DNA of 64,000 nucleotides from Candidatus Poribacteria bacterium (GCA_965116925.1 OZ220744.1:1344001-1408000); one strand, 5' to 3'; positions 1-12,511 are shown, numbered from the stretch's first letter. Numbers and translations are program-made. The notes: generated by a model not told the origin, from the sequence alone.

Positions 1-2
1 TT

Positions 3-638
3 GTCAAACAACAGACCGAAAAATCAGGTTTGCCGATGCCGCAAGTCTACACAATTCCCACCGATATGCCAAATGCGTTTGCTACTGGCAGAAATCCCAG
101 CCACGCAGCGGTTGCTGCAACGGATGGGATTATGCGACTCTTATCGCGCGATGAACTTGCAGGTGTCATCGGACATGAACTAGCACACATCAAGCATCGG
201 GACATCCTCATTAGTAGCATTGTCGCCACAATCGCAGGCGCAATCATGATGATCGCGAACATGGCACAGTGGGCAGCGTTATTTGGTGGTTTTAGTAGCA
301 ATGATGACGACGATGGCGGTGGAATCTTTGGGATGCTTTTCCTGATTATTGTTGCACCTATCGCTGCGATGATTATTCAGTTTGCAATTTCCCGTTCCCG
401 TGAATACGCCGCAGACCGTGGTGGAGCAGAAATCTGTGGCGATCCAATGGCGTTAGCAAATGCCCTGCGGCGACTTGAGCGTGGCGTTGAAATGCATCCG
501 ACGCGAGCAAATGCTGCCACTTCGCATCTCTTCATTGTGAATCCATTACGCGGTGGGATAGCGGGCCTTTTCAGCACCCATCCGCCGATGGACGAACGCA
601 TCCGCCGTCTAGAGGAATTGGCGGGTTATCGTCGATAG
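3..638 (+). CDS. htpX: Zinc metalloprotease HtpX (M48), 5'-truncated by the window edge
   Basis: [13 protein letters not shown] (HExxH), SRSREYAAD and FSTHPP motifs; frame is open back to the window start. Confidence 0.93.
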   Translation, partial: VKQQTEKSGLPMPQVYTIPTDMPNAFATGRNPSHAAVAATDGIMRLLSRDELAGVIGHELAHIKHRDILISSIVATIAGAIMMIANMAQWAALFGGFSSNDDDDGGGIFGMLFLIIVAPIAAMIIQFAISRSREYAADRGGAEICGDPMALANALRRLERGVEMHPTRANAATSHLFIVNPLRGGIAGLFSTHPPMDERIRRLEELAGYRR

Positions 639-690
639 ATTCAGAAGGTTATTTGGTTCAGTAGCACCCTTATTTAATGAAGGAGACACT

Positions 691-1227
691 ATGGAAACCC
701 AAGCCATTGAGCACCCATCAACATTGGCAGAATTCTTGGAAGGGGATTATGAATCCTACGAATTCGTGGAAGGGGAATTAATTCCGATGGCAGCAGCGAA
801 GATTATTCATGGAGATATCGCAGCGGAGATATTGATGCTATTGGGTAGTTATGTAAAGGAGCATCGGTTAGGTAAATTGTATACAGCAGAGACAGTGTTT
901 ACAGTGGGCAATAGAGGCCGGAAACCAGACGTTGCATTTGTTGCCTCGGAACAGATTCCCGATGACCTGTGGCAGAATTTCCCCATTCCCCCCGACTTAG
1001 CCATTGAAGTTGTGTCGGAAACGGATGCGATGAAAGCTGTGCACGAAAAAGCCTTTGAGTATCTTGATGCCGGCACACAACTGGTATGGGCAATCGAACC
1101 CTTCTCTCAAACGGTGACCGCTTACCGCTCATCCACGGACATCAGTCTCTTGACAATTGACGATATTTTAACCGGTGAACCGGCGGTTAAGGGGTTTCGT
1201 TGCCGTGTGGCAGACCTCTTTACTTGA
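691..1227 (+). CDS. Uma2 (DUF820) family PD-(D/E)xK endonuclease-like protein
   Basis: YEFVEGEL, KPDVAFV, PDLAIEVVS and YLDAGTQLVW motifs; AAGGAG RBS. Confidence 0.88.
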   Translation: METQAIEHPSTLAEFLEGDYESYEFVEGELIPMAAAKIIHGDIAAEILMLLGSYVKEHRLGKLYTAETVFTVGNRGRKPDVAFVASEQIPDDLWQNFPIPPDLAIEVVSETDAMKAVHEKAFEYLDAGTQLVWAIEPFSQTVTAYRSSTDISLLTIDDILTGEPAVKGFRCRVADLFT

Positions 1228-1259
1228 CATACTCCCACCTCTTCAGAAGCCAGAGTATA

Positions 1260-2318
1260 TCATTGTGCTGTAACTTCTCGCCATCGTTCAACCAATCTCT
1301 GTCGGTGGTTTGCTGCCCAAATAGAGTCAAACTCAATCAACTTCACCTTATCAGCGGTAACTGCGCCTTGAGCGACTTCGGCGTTTGGATTCAGAGGAGT
1401 CCGAAACCACTTCTGCATCAAGTTCTGTGCTCGGACTGAGAGTGCCCAATTCATGAATCGCTTTGCGGCGGTTTGATTCGGTCCCCCTTTGACAAGTGCC
1501 ATCGCACCAATCTCGAATCCCGTTCCCTCCTTCGGAAAACTCAACACAACCGGATATCCCTTCGCAGGTCCCTTCTTGACAATATCGTGTGAAAAGGCTA
1601 TCCCCACGGCGACTTCTCCGAAGCCCACCTGTGTCACACACGCCGATCCAGATCTATTGTAGTGATGGACATTTCGATCTAACCGTGCAATATAATCGAA
1701 ACCAGCCTTTTCACCCATCATCTGCACAATTGCAGCGAGCAGCGTGTTGGCGGTGCCTGATGTATAGGCGTAAGCCACGCTGATCTCGCCTTTGAATTCA
1801 GGTTTTAGTAGGTCGTACCATGAGGTGGGCGGTGAAATTCCTTTGCGCTCTAAAATCTCCGTATTAGACGCAAAGCCGATTGCACCGAAGTAGAAGCCGG
1901 TCCAGTAGTGTGCTTCGTCGAATGTACCGGGGAGCGGCTCAAAATCTATGCGGGGTGCATAAGGCGCAAGTAACCCCTCGCGTTTAGCGACAATAAACTC
2001 TGGTGATGGTCCGCCAAACCATAGCGTGACCTGCGGATTGGCTCGCTCACTTCTAATCCGCACCAGCACCTCACCTGCGGACAAGCGCACCCATCGTACT
2101 TGAATGCCAGTATCTTCCTCAAAGGCCCGGATGTAAATCTTTGCCTCATTAGTGTCGAGAGCCGTATAGAGATAGAGTACGTCATCGTTATCTTCTGAAA
2201 CAGCCGCTTCTGATGCTGCTGCATTGGGTCCGCTTAGAGATGTTTCCCAACACCCTAGCAGCCAAAAGGCAAAGGCGGCGCGGACGAGGAAAACACTTAG
2301 GGAGATTGGTCGGCACAT
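1260..2318 (-). CDS. ABC transporter substrate-binding protein (Fe3+/AfuA-like class)
   Basis: Signal peptide; E..NPQ..LWFGG, SW.DLLKPEFKGEI and SGTA motifs; no permease adjacent. Confidence 0.8.
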   Translation of the reverse strand: MCRPISLSVFLVRAAFAFWLLGCWETSLSGPNAAASEAAVSEDNDDVLYLYTALDTNEAKIYIRAFEEDTGIQVRWVRLSAGEVLVRIRSERANPQVTLWFGGPSPEFIVAKREGLLAPYAPRIDFEPLPGTFDEAHYWTGFYFGAIGFASNTEILERKGISPPTSWYDLLKPEFKGEISVAYAYTSGTANTLLAAIVQMMGEKAGFDYIARLDRNVHHYNRSGSACVTQVGFGEVAVGIAFSHDIVKKGPAKGYPVVLSFPKEGTGFEIGAMALVKGGPNQTAAKRFMNWALSVRAQNLMQKWFRTPLNPNAEVAQGAVTADKVKLIEFDSIWAANHRQRLVERWREVTAQ

Positions 2319-2358
2319 AGTAATCTTTCACATCAGAAGGTATCTTAAGTGGCCGCTT

Positions 2359-3810
<1,452 letters not shown>

Positions 3811-3832
3811 TTAATTGATGGAATATGATTCC

Positions 3833-4837
3833 TTATTTGATACAGACTGCTGGGTTGATTCGCTCTCGTATTTTCTCTGTGTTGACCTTTGGGGCTTCTA
3901 GTTCCCTGAAAGGGCTATCAAATTGAAAACCAGTTCGGTGTCTCTTACGAAAATGCTCTAATCTCCTAATTGTAATTTCAGCGAATATGGGGTCAATGTC
4001 AGATGTATAGCACACGCGCCCCAACCTTTCGCATCCTATCAACGTTGTCCCTGAGTGCGAAAAGAAGTCCACAACCAAATCTTCTTCATGGCTGCAGGCT
4101 GCGATAATCCGTTCAACTGCCTTCAGCGGTTTTTGGGCATAAGCACCGGGCACGTTCTCTTCCATCCGATAAAAGACCTGCTGAATATCAACCCACACAT
4201 TACCGGGCCTGATAGTATCAGATCGACTCCGTTCCAAGTTCTCCACTCGCTTCCCGTCTACTGTTTTATAGTAACCGCGCAAGATTTTAGGTATATCGGT
4301 GTAGACAACGGCAAAGTCGGGGTTGCCCTTCGTATAGTAAAGCAGTTCCTGTCTCACCGCCATCCAATTTTTCTGAGTGCCGTACCCTCTCTGATTTCGC
4401 ATCGTAATGAAACTTCTCGCCTGTAAGCCCTCAAATTCCCGCATCATGACCATAAAATCAGGCAAAGGTTGAAAATTGTCTTTCTGATCTGCCCCCAACC
4501 ATGCGTAGAAATGAGAGTTTTCATCCAATATCTTAATCGTGTTCTCCACCCAATGGCGAGAAAACTCCATATACTCAACTAAATTTAACTTATTCAGATT
4601 TTGGGTCGTTTTGTTCCCGACACTTACATTATAGGGTGGGTCGTTCACCGCTACCTTCGCCTTTTTGCCCTTCATCATTTTCAATACTGCATCAGGACAG
4701 GTTACATCCAATACCCCGATCCTATGCCCGTGCACGGGATCCTCCCAAACATCTCCCAGTTTAAGCCTACAGTGCGGAAGGAGTTTCTTCCGAATTTCGG
4801 CGTCAGAATCCAATCTTGGCAAAGGTTCAGTAGCCAT
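3833..4837 (-). CDS. Orphan N6A/N4C DNA methyltransferase, beta-class motif order
   Basis: Catalytic NDPPY precedes QKP and the SAM-binding DFFSHSGTT; no endonuclease nearby. Confidence 0.85.
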   Translation of the reverse strand: MATEPLPRLDSDAEIRKKLLPHCRLKLGDVWEDPVHGHRIGVLDVTCPDAVLKMMKGKKAKVAVNDPPYNVSVGNKTTQNLNKLNLVEYMEFSRHWVENTIKILDENSHFYAWLGADQKDNFQPLPDFMVMMREFEGLQARSFITMRNQRGYGTQKNWMAVRQELLYYTKGNPDFAVVYTDIPKILRGYYKTVDGKRVENLERSRSDTIRPGNVWVDIQQVFYRMEENVPGAYAQKPLKAVERIIAACSHEEDLVVDFFSHSGTTLIGCERLGRVCYTSDIDPIFAEITIRRLEHFRKRHRTGFQFDSPFRELEAPKVNTEKIRERINPAVCIK

Positions 4838-4878
4838 TATTTCTCCATCATTCCACGTGTGGTTGAGTTGTCTACTAG

Positions 4879-6093
4879 CTACATCGGCTCTGTGACGGTT
4901 CCCATGAATAGTATCGTCTCCGTCTCAGCATCATAAATAGCGAAAAAGAAGGGGCGGTCTACCCGGAAGGCTGGGGGTAAAGACTTAACGCCCACTACAG
5001 CAGTGACAGCCGCAGCCTCCGTGCCCTCTTCGTTTACTTCTACGAAGGTTTTATGCCTCACCTCACTAATAAAAAGGCTCGGTCCCATACCACTAAAATC
5101 GGCACCGGCACCGAAAGCAATTCCCATTCCTAGGGCTTCAAGTGTGTCGTTGAGTCTTATTTCATACTCCAGTTTGAAACGGGGAAGCATGATTTCATGC
5201 CGTCTATCTTGAAGCTGCGATATCCAACCCTCCCAATTATCTGCGCTCAGATCTCTCAAAAATTTCTTGAGATTGGAATTAGGGCTAGGCAGAAAAATAT
5301 ACATACCTAACCGCCCATCGCCATACGGTAAACTGGTTGCTTCAAAATTCTCACCACGAAAGTATGGGTACTCCCCTTCTCGACGCATCATTTGTACTCG
5401 TTTCTCACTTCCATCCGACAGATGAAATGTACCAGGGCGCGTCATTGACTTATCGAACTCGTCCTGCCAGTTACCCTTGAAATATATGGCGTTAATCAAG
5501 AAAAGCAGTGTTTGCGGGTCAATCCTGTCAACAATTTTCTCAATCTTGCCATTTGTATTTGTATCAACCCAGTCGTTGATGGTTGCTATCGCTTGCGGCG
5601 AGTTAAAATCGAGCGCGGCGATCTCCGCACCAAAAAACACCCGATTTCGCTCCAAAAATTCAGGGTTGAAGTCAACCCCCTGACGGGACCAGATCGAGTT
5701 TGCAATCGAAATTTCAACTTTAGGATCCGGATTTTCAAGACTGTCTCGCAACGCCTTGTTGGATTGGTTAATCGTTGAGAGGTCTAACGCATCTATCTCT
5801 AGCACTTCTGCCATGGCGCGTTCTGTTTCTCCAACTGCACCATTATAGGTCATCGTCAATGCAATCGAAATACTTAACGGAGAGATAAAGATATTCCCCC
5901 CGGGCTCTCGTTCTCGGAGGTCTTGAAGCAGCTTGAACCCGAATCTTGTGTTAGCTGAAGCAACACTTGAAACATCAGGATCATCGACGGTTTCTAAGGC
6001 ATCACCAACAATATTTCTTACAAAATTAATGTCGAAACATCCGAATAGACATAATAGCACTATGACAATTATACCGGCTCGATAATTTTTCAT
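4879..6093 (-). CDS. Serpin family protein, predicted lipoprotein (copy 1)
   Basis: NIFISPLSI, NAIYFKGNW, hinge EEGTEAAA, FRVDRPFFF; lipobox LFGC; GGAGG RBS favours start 6093. Confidence 0.95.
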   Translation of the reverse strand: MKNYRAGIIVIVLLCLFGCFDINFVRNIVGDALETVDDPDVSSVASANTRFGFKLLQDLREREPGGNIFISPLSISIALTMTYNGAVGETERAMAEVLEIDALDLSTINQSNKALRDSLENPDPKVEISIANSIWSRQGVDFNPEFLERNRVFFGAEIAALDFNSPQAIATINDWVDTNTNGKIEKIVDRIDPQTLLFLINAIYFKGNWQDEFDKSMTRPGTFHLSDGSEKRVQMMRREGEYPYFRGENFEATSLPYGDGRLGMYIFLPSPNSNLKKFLRDLSADNWEGWISQLQDRRHEIMLPRFKLEYEIRLNDTLEALGMGIAFGAGADFSGMGPSLFISEVRHKTFVEVNEEGTEAAAVTAVVGVKSLPPAFRVDRPFFFAIYDAETETILFMGTVTEPM

Positions 6094-6145
6094 GTCCTCC
6101 TCCGCCTGCAATGTCCTCTATAATTCATTGACGAAATCTGTCTGT

Positions 6146-7381
6146 TTACATCGGCTCTATGACAGTTCCCATGAACAGTATGGTCTGCGTTTTGGCATCA
6201 TAAATGGCGAAAAAGAAGGGACGATCTACTCGAAAGACTGGTTTGGCAGACTGCGCTACTGTGACAGCAGTGACAGCGGCAGCTTCGGTCCCCTCTTCGT
6301 TCACTTCTACGAAGGTTTTATGCCGAACCTCGCTGATAAAAAGACCTGATGGACCCATGCCGCTAAAATCGGCACCGCCATCGAAAGCAATTTTCATCCC
6401 CAGTGCTTTGAGTGTGTCGTTGAGTTTCACTTCGTATTCCAGTTTGAAGCGAGGCAGCATCAAATAGAGTGTCTCCTTGTGAAACTGTGCTATCCAACGC
6501 TCCCAGCTTTCAGCGTTCAAGCTCTCCAGAAATTCATTGAGGTTGGAGTCGAGGGTGGGCAGGAAAATATACATGCTCAACCGCCCATCGCCATACGGTA
6601 AGCCCGCTGCTTCAAAATGCTCACCGCGGAAGTATGGGTACTGCCCCGTTCGACTCATCATCTCTACCTGCTTTTCTCTCCCATCTGATAGATGAAAAAT
6701 GTCCGGCCGCGTCTGGGACGTATCAAACTCATCCTGCCAACTTCCTTTGAAATAGATGGCGTTAATCAAGAAAAGCACTGTTTGCGATTTAATCTCGTAA
6801 ACAATTTCCTCAATTTTGCCATTCGTGTTTTCGTTAACCCAGCCGTTGATGATTTTTATCGCTTGCGGGTTGGTAAAATCGAGAGAGGTAGTTTCCGCTT
6901 CAAAAAACACCCGATTTCGCTCTAAAAAATTGGGGTTGAATTCAGTCCCCTGACGGGACCAAAGCGAGTTTGCAATCGAGATTTCAACTTTAGGTCCAGG
7001 ATTCTCAAGGTTATTTCGTAATGCTTTGTTGGATTCGTTAATAATTGGGAGGGCTAACTCATCTATCTCTAGCACCTCCGCCATAGCGCGCTCTGTTTCT
7101 CCGACCGCACCGTTATAGGTCATAGTCAGCGCAATTGAAATACTTAACGGGGAAATGAAGATATTTCCTCCGGGGGCTCGTTCTTGGAGATCTTGAAGTA
7201 GCTTGAACCCAAATTTTGTGTTAGCCGACGCAACACTTAAAAAACCTGGATCATCAATAGGCTTCAATGCGTCGTCAATGATAGTTTTTGTAGAATCGCT
7301 GTCGGGACATCCGAATAGGCACAGTAGTACCAGCAGGCATCCGCATTTGATAAGAATGAAACATCTCCAATCGTTTCTCAT
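6146..7381 (-). CDS. Serpin family protein, predicted lipoprotein (copy 2)
   Basis: Same serpin motifs and LFGC lipobox; close paralog of the adjacent gene. Confidence 0.95.
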   Translation of the reverse strand: MRNDWRCFILIKCGCLLVLLCLFGCPDSDSTKTIIDDALKPIDDPGFLSVASANTKFGFKLLQDLQERAPGGNIFISPLSISIALTMTYNGAVGETERAMAEVLEIDELALPIINESNKALRNNLENPGPKVEISIANSLWSRQGTEFNPNFLERNRVFFEAETTSLDFTNPQAIKIINGWVNENTNGKIEEIVYEIKSQTVLFLINAIYFKGSWQDEFDTSQTRPDIFHLSDGREKQVEMMSRTGQYPYFRGEHFEAAGLPYGDGRLSMYIFLPTLDSNLNEFLESLNAESWERWIAQFHKETLYLMLPRFKLEYEVKLNDTLKALGMKIAFDGGADFSGMGPSGLFISEVRHKTFVEVNEEGTEAAAVTAVTVAQSAKPVFRVDRPFFFAIYDAKTQTILFMGTVIEPM

Positions 7382-7433
7382 TTTAGTCTTCTTCTTGTTA
7401 GTAGATTTAAGTGCCTATGTAAAAAGCCAAACT

Positions 7434-8627
7434 TTATTCACCAATCTTATCTGTCAACGCTTCAATCCCGGGCAACCGTTTTCCTTCAAGAAATTCCAAC
7501 GATGCACCACCGCCGGTGGAGGTATGTGTTATCCGATCTGCGACACCCGCCTGATGCACCGCAGCAACACAGTCCCCGCCGCCGATGATGCTGACCGCTT
7601 CCGAATCTGCGACCTGTTTTGCAATCTCAAGAGTGCCCTTCGCAAACTGCTCAAACTCATACACACCCAACGGACCATTCCAGATAATCGTTTTCGCCGT
7701 ATCAACGATTTCACCAAATTTTGCGACAGTCTCTGTCCCAATGTCGAAACCGCGCCAGCCATCGGGGATGTTCTGACTGGAGGTGACTTGAAACTCAGTA
7801 TTCGGATCAAACTCTCTACCAATGATATGGTCCTGTGGAAGATGGACGGTCAGATTCCGATCCGACGCTTTTTGCAGAAGCATATTGGCTAAATTAAGTT
7901 TATCGAGTTCCACAATTGAATTCCCAACTGATACTCCTCTTGCTTTGAGAAAGGTATATGCCATGCCGCCGCCAATGATGAGCTGATCGACCTTTTCTAG
8001 CAGATTCTCAATCACGCCAATTTTATCCGAAATTTTCGCTCCCCCCAGGATCGCAACAAAGGGACGCTCCGGATCGTGAAGCACTTTGCTGAGATACTCA
8101 ATTTCCTTTTCCATCAATAAACCCGCAGCACACTGATCGAAATAATCCGTTACCCCTGCGGTTGAAGCGTGTGCGCGGTGTGCTGCGCCAAAAGCGTCAT
8201 TGACATAGAGGTCAGCGAGAGATGCCAGTTTTTCTGCAAATTCCGGATCATTTTTCGTTTCTTCTTCGTAGAAGCGGATGTTTTCGAGCAGCAACACATC
8301 ACCCGCACGGAGTTCGGAAACCACCCCTTCAACCTCTACCCCAATGCAATCAACGACATGCTTGACCCGTTGACCCAACAGTTTACTGAGTGCTACCGCG
8401 AGCGATTCTGTGGAAAGATTAGGATCGAAACCTTTGGGGCGTCCGAGATGCGTGACCAAGATAATTTTTGCACCGCCCCGGATAAGCTCCAAAATCGTCG
8501 GTAGGGCTGCACGGATGCGTGTATTATCGGCGATGTGTTTCCCATCCATCGGTACATTGAAATCGACGCGCACTAAGACCTGCTTACCTCCAACATCTAA
8601 ATCGCGTAGTCCGAGTTTATCTGTCAT
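7434..8627 (-). CDS. pgk: Phosphoglycerate kinase
   Basis: [47 protein letters not shown]; start may extend to 8642. Confidence 0.98.
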   Translation of the reverse strand: MTDKLGLRDLDVGGKQVLVRVDFNVPMDGKHIADNTRIRAALPTILELIRGGAKIILVTHLGRPKGFDPNLSTESLAVALSKLLGQRVKHVVDCIGVEVEGVVSELRAGDVLLLENIRFYEEETKNDPEFAEKLASLADLYVNDAFGAAHRAHASTAGVTDYFDQCAAGLLMEKEIEYLSKVLHDPERPFVAILGGAKISDKIGVIENLLEKVDQLIIGGGMAYTFLKARGVSVGNSIVELDKLNLANMLLQKASDRNLTVHLPQDHIIGREFDPNTEFQVTSSQNIPDGWRGFDIGTETVAKFGEIVDTAKTIIWNGPLGVYEFEQFAKGTLEIAKQVADSEAVSIIGGGDCVAAVHQAGVADRITHTSTGGGASLEFLEGKRLPGIEALTDKIGE

Positions 8628-8654
8628 AGATCCTTCCATCAAAAACTGATGGGT

Positions 8655-9827
8655 TTATTGTACCACCGCTTGCACCGCTTTCTGCGCTGCCTCCGCAAGC
8701 CCATCAGCAGCAATCAGATTCAAACCGGAATCAGCGAGAATCTGCTTCCCTAGCTCCACATTCGTCCCTTCCAAGCGTACAACCAACGGAACTGTCAAAT
8801 CCACCTGTTTAATTGCCTCAATAATCCCGTTCGCAATTACATCGCACTGCATGATACCACCGAAGATGTTAACAAGAACTGCCTGCACCTTTTCGTCTGC
8901 GAGGATGAGACGGAAAGCGTGGGTAACGGTTTCTGTCGTCGCGCCCCCACCGACATCAAGAAAATTTGCAGGCTCGCCGCCGTGCAGCTGGATGAGATCC
9001 ATCGTCGCCATCGCCAGTCCCGCTCCGTTGACCATACATCCGATATTTCCGTCAAGACTGATATAGCTCAAGCCCGATTCTCCCGCTTCAAGCTCGCTGG
9101 CATCCTCTTCGTGCGGATCTCGCATTGCGCCGATTTCTGCGTGCTGCCAAAGCGCGTTGTCATCGAAGTTGAGTTTGGCATCGAGAGCAACGATATCCTG
9201 TCCATCATCGGTTTTCGTGATAGCGAGTGGGTTAATCTCGGCAAGAGAGCAATCGGAATCGACAAAGGCGTTATACAAACCGATCATCAAATCGGCAGCC
9301 TTGTTGACCAATTCGCGGGGGATGTTCAAGTCGTAGGCAAGTTTCCGCGCCTGAAAGGGAGGCAATCCAATCGCTGGATCGATGGTTTGCTGGAGAATCT
9401 TTTCGGGACGGGTCGCAGCGACCTCTTCTATGTCCACCCCACCCTCCTCACTACCCATTATGACGAGCCGTGAGTCAGTGCGATCAACCACCATGCCGAG
9501 GTAAAGCTCTCTCTCGATATCGCTAGCTTCAGCAACCAACACCTTGCGAACCAGTTTCCCTTCCGGTCCCGTTTGGGGAGTAACTAGCTGCATACCGAGG
9601 ATTGCGTCAGCATGTTCTTTAACCTCTTCGGGGCTTTTCGCCAGTTTAACGCCACCACCTTTGCCCCGTCCGCCCGCATGGATTTGCGCTTTGACGATAT
9701 ACAGGGGGCAATCCAGTTCGCGAGCGATCGCTTCCGCTTCATCGGCGGTTGATGCTACCTCACCGCGTTGAACATTCACCCCGTGCGCTTCTAAAATCTG
9801 TTTTGCTTGATATTCGTGTACGTTCAC
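8655..9827 (-). CDS. sucC: Succinyl-CoA ligase beta subunit
   Basis: [43 protein letters not shown] start. Confidence 0.97.
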   Translation of the reverse strand: MNVHEYQAKQILEAHGVNVQRGEVASTADEAEAIARELDCPLYIVKAQIHAGGRGKGGGVKLAKSPEEVKEHADAILGMQLVTPQTGPEGKLVRKVLVAEASDIERELYLGMVVDRTDSRLVIMGSEEGGVDIEEVAATRPEKILQQTIDPAIGLPPFQARKLAYDLNIPRELVNKAADLMIGLYNAFVDSDCSLAEINPLAITKTDDGQDIVALDAKLNFDDNALWQHAEIGAMRDPHEEDASELEAGESGLSYISLDGNIGCMVNGAGLAMATMDLIQLHGGEPANFLDVGGGATTETVTHAFRLILADEKVQAVLVNIFGGIMQCDVIANGIIEAIKQVDLTVPLVVRLEGTNVELGKQILADSGLNLIAADGLAEAAQKAVQAVVQ

Positions 9828-9862
9828 TTATCTTCTCCGAGGTAATAGTTATTCAAGTCTAA

Positions 9863-9960
9863 CGCTCATGTTAATCAACTTACGCAGCTAACCGTAGGCG
9901 GGGCATCTTGTCCCGCCCTCAACGCGTTCACTGTAATTGCACTCCGTTTTTACATGAGCC
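9863..9960. mobile_element. MITE-like element with (G)GCTCATGT inverted termini and an 8-bp target duplication
   Basis: Left end cgctcatgttaa, right end tttacatgagcc; flanks aagtctaa (9855-9862) and aagtcaaa (9961-9968); internal GTAG hairpin at 9894-9917. Confidence 0.65.
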
Positions 9961-9982
9961 AAGTCAAAAAGAAATGTGATTT

Positions 9983-10708
9983 TTACGCATCGCGTCTTAA
10001 ATGCGATACATGCTTGCCCTGTGGCGGTTCAAAATCTTTAGCATGTTCGCCAATATAGTGACAGATGAAACTCCGTCGCCAGCGATCGTGCGTTTCGTTC
10101 ATGTAAGAACCGTGAATGGTTTTACCGTCGAAAAATAGGGCGTCCCCCGGCTCCATATCAACGTAAAACTCTTCAACACCTTTCGGCATCACCGACTGCA
10201 CGTCGGTGAACGAAATTGCCGTATTCGCAGCCTCTACCTGTAAAAGTCCACGTTTATGTGAACCGGGAACAACTACCATCTGCCCAACAGATTTGTCCGA
10301 TTTGTCCAATGCAATCCACACACCAATCAACGGTTCAGTGGTGATGTACTGCTCATCCTGATGGAGTGCCTGCCCTCTGCCTCCCGGGGGCTTAAAATAC
10401 AGCATTGTCTGACGAAGCACAGGCTTATCATCGATTAGTTGTTCGACAAATTCCAGCATCGTCGCCTGCATTGCCCATTCTCCGGTCAATGTATCCCAAT
10501 TGTGCATATTAATCATTCGAGGATACTGATGATTTGGATCCTCTGGGTGATCCGTTGTGCCCCCACTGTCTCCTGATTTTGAACCTTCAGCGCGTCGTTT
10601 CATGTAGTGCTGGATCATCCGCTGTGCTGTCCCCGTATCAAAAAGCCCCGGCACCACAAGGAAACCAGCCTCTTTATATTGATGAATCTGTGTATCGCTT
10701 AAACGCAT
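9983..10708 (-). CDS. PhyH-family Fe(II)/2OG dioxygenase
   Basis: HQD triad, VPGSH, distal IHGS, RRS. Confidence 0.9.
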   Translation of the reverse strand: MRLSDTQIHQYKEAGFLVVPGLFDTGTAQRMIQHYMKRRAEGSKSGDSGGTTDHPEDPNHQYPRMINMHNWDTLTGEWAMQATMLEFVEQLIDDKPVLRQTMLYFKPPGGRGQALHQDEQYITTEPLIGVWIALDKSDKSVGQMVVVPGSHKRGLLQVEAANTAISFTDVQSVMPKGVEEFYVDMEPGDALFFDGKTIHGSYMNETHDRWRRSFICHYIGEHAKDFEPPQGKHVSHLRRDA

Positions 10709-10746
10709 CGTTGTATCTCCTTAGTTCATGTATTACGTTTCACACT

Positions 10747-11562
10747 TTAAGCCACAAACAGCGGCTTCAGATATGCTATCGACTCCTCCGCAACCCGCTG
10801 GACCTCAGCAAGAGGCGTATTCGTCCCACCATGTGTGCCGACAATTTCCAGTGTCACATAAGGTACATGGTTGATTGTGTCCATGACACCGGCAAGCGTG
10901 GGAAGATCGATACCGCCTTTGCCGGGGATCTGTGTCTCAACAGGACCTATCGGTCCCTCACGGCTCTCGCGATTGTCACGGATACGCAGCGTTGCGATGT
11001 AATCTTTCAATTGCTGAAGTGATTCGGTCGGATCTTCAGCGGCTGTTGTCCGCCAAATGTGACTCGCATCGAAATTGATTCCCACCCACTCCCGATCTAC
11101 CTCCTGCATAAAACGTAACGCCGTTTCGGTTGAATACACCGCATTATTGACATGCGGCTTCAAGCTTAGTTTAATTCCAGCCTGCGAAGTGCGGGCAGCA
11201 GTCGCATCAACTAGCTCAACTACCTGTTTGAAACTCTTTTCATCATCGGACTTCCCACCTGCTCCCTCGGCGATTGTAGGTGCACCGACCTGTTGCGCGG
11301 CTTCTATCACCGCGTCAAATTCAAGGCTATCTAACCCAATTCCACCGGTCCCTGCGATTGACTCAATTACCAAACCGTGCGAAGCAACTTGCGCTTTAAT
11401 CCCCTCATAGTAAGACGCCGGTTTGCCAATTTCCAGATGGGGTGCCATCCCGGGACGAGCACAGAGCTCAATCGCCTTATATCCAGCTTTTGAAATACCT
11501 TCGAGTGTTTGCTCTAAACTAAACCCGCCATATAAAATTGTGCTGCATCCCAAATTTTTCAT
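10747..11562 (-). CDS. Sugar-phosphate isomerase/epimerase family TIM-barrel protein
   Basis: AGYKAIEL, NFDASH, PGKGGID, TLEI; metal-site residues appear atypical (KPH, RIRD). Confidence 0.75.
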   Translation of the reverse strand: MKNLGCSTILYGGFSLEQTLEGISKAGYKAIELCARPGMAPHLEIGKPASYYEGIKAQVASHGLVIESIAGTGGIGLDSLEFDAVIEAAQQVGAPTIAEGAGGKSDDEKSFKQVVELVDATAARTSQAGIKLSLKPHVNNAVYSTETALRFMQEVDREWVGINFDASHIWRTTAAEDPTESLQQLKDYIATLRIRDNRESREGPIGPVETQIPGKGGIDLPTLAGVMDTINHVPYVTLEIVGTHGGTNTPLAEVQRVAEESIAYLKPLFVA

Positions 11563-11763
11563 ACACACTTCCTCAAGTCAGATGTGTTATTCAGATTAAG
11601 AATATGTTATACTTTACCTTAACTTTGCCAGATGGGTCAAGTGAAAATCCCGCTGGAACGACAAATTTCCGATTGACAATTTCTCTGAAAGATGGTATCT
11701 TGAATCCGATGAGCTTACAATCTTACCATTGGTGGATGGACTTGAGCCAGAAAGGAATTTGCC

Positions 11764-12471
11764 ATGCCTGTCGCTGATCACTTCAGTCCCAAGATCAGGG
11801 CAATCAGTCGGTTCCATTCCTTTCATAATGCTTGGGCAACTCACATTGCAGGCGATTTGAATGCCCTGTTACCAGAAAATTTCATCGCAGAACCGAGCGT
11901 CCAGATCGGTAGTCTGATTGACATTGATGTACAAGCAAGTGAGTTGCTGGCTGAAAGCGAAAACCGACTTATTAGTCAATACCAAGCTCCACCTGCAACG
12001 GCGAGTCTGCCAGCATCGTTTCCTGACGAAACGGAGGTTTACATCGTAGATCTTGATGCTGCCAGACAAACTGTCGGCGTGATTGAGATTGTTAGTCCAG
12101 CTAATAAGGACAGTCCACAGCACCAAGATACCTTTATTGCTAAATGCTTGAACTTGATTTCGCAAGGGATTTCTCTAATTATTGTGGACATCGTTACAGT
12201 TCGGTTGTTCAATTTCCACAATGAACTGATGTGGCGGTTGGAATCCAAAGATAGTCAAATACCGGAAACTGAGGATGCTCCACTCTACTGTTCCGCATAT
12301 CGTTATACTTTTAATCAGGAGGATCCGTGTGTTGAATGTTGGGCACACCCACTCTCAGTTGGATCCAATCTACCTGAACTGCCGTTATTTATCCGTTCGG
12401 AAATTGCTGTGCCTGTCAGGTTAGAGCAAACGTATATAGAAACGTGTCAGAAGTTAAGAATTAACGTTTAA
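11764..12471 (+). CDS. DUF4058-like PD-(D/E)xK protein
   Basis: FHSFHNAW, VIEIVSPANKD, LPELPLF, LEQTY. Confidence 0.75.
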   Translation: MPVADHFSPKIRAISRFHSFHNAWATHIAGDLNALLPENFIAEPSVQIGSLIDIDVQASELLAESENRLISQYQAPPATASLPASFPDETEVYIVDLDAARQTVGVIEIVSPANKDSPQHQDTFIAKCLNLISQGISLIIVDIVTVRLFNFHNELMWRLESKDSQIPETEDAPLYCSAYRYTFNQEDPCVECWAHPLSVGSNLPELPLFIRSEIAVPVRLEQTYIETCQKLRINV

Positions 12472-12511
12472 CTGACAATTTATCAATTAATATCAATGGA
12501 GGTTAATATCA

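Noticed and set aside
7203..7892. 229-aa plus-strand ORF (likewise 8919-9473, 21462-22124 and 23796-24410)
   Set aside because: Antisense shadows of well-supported genes (serpin/pgk, sucC, RibD/MOSC, sbcC) with no motifs
8655..9827. sucC without adjacent sucD
   Set aside because: Split sucC/sucD occurs in many genomes; not informative without the rest of the genome
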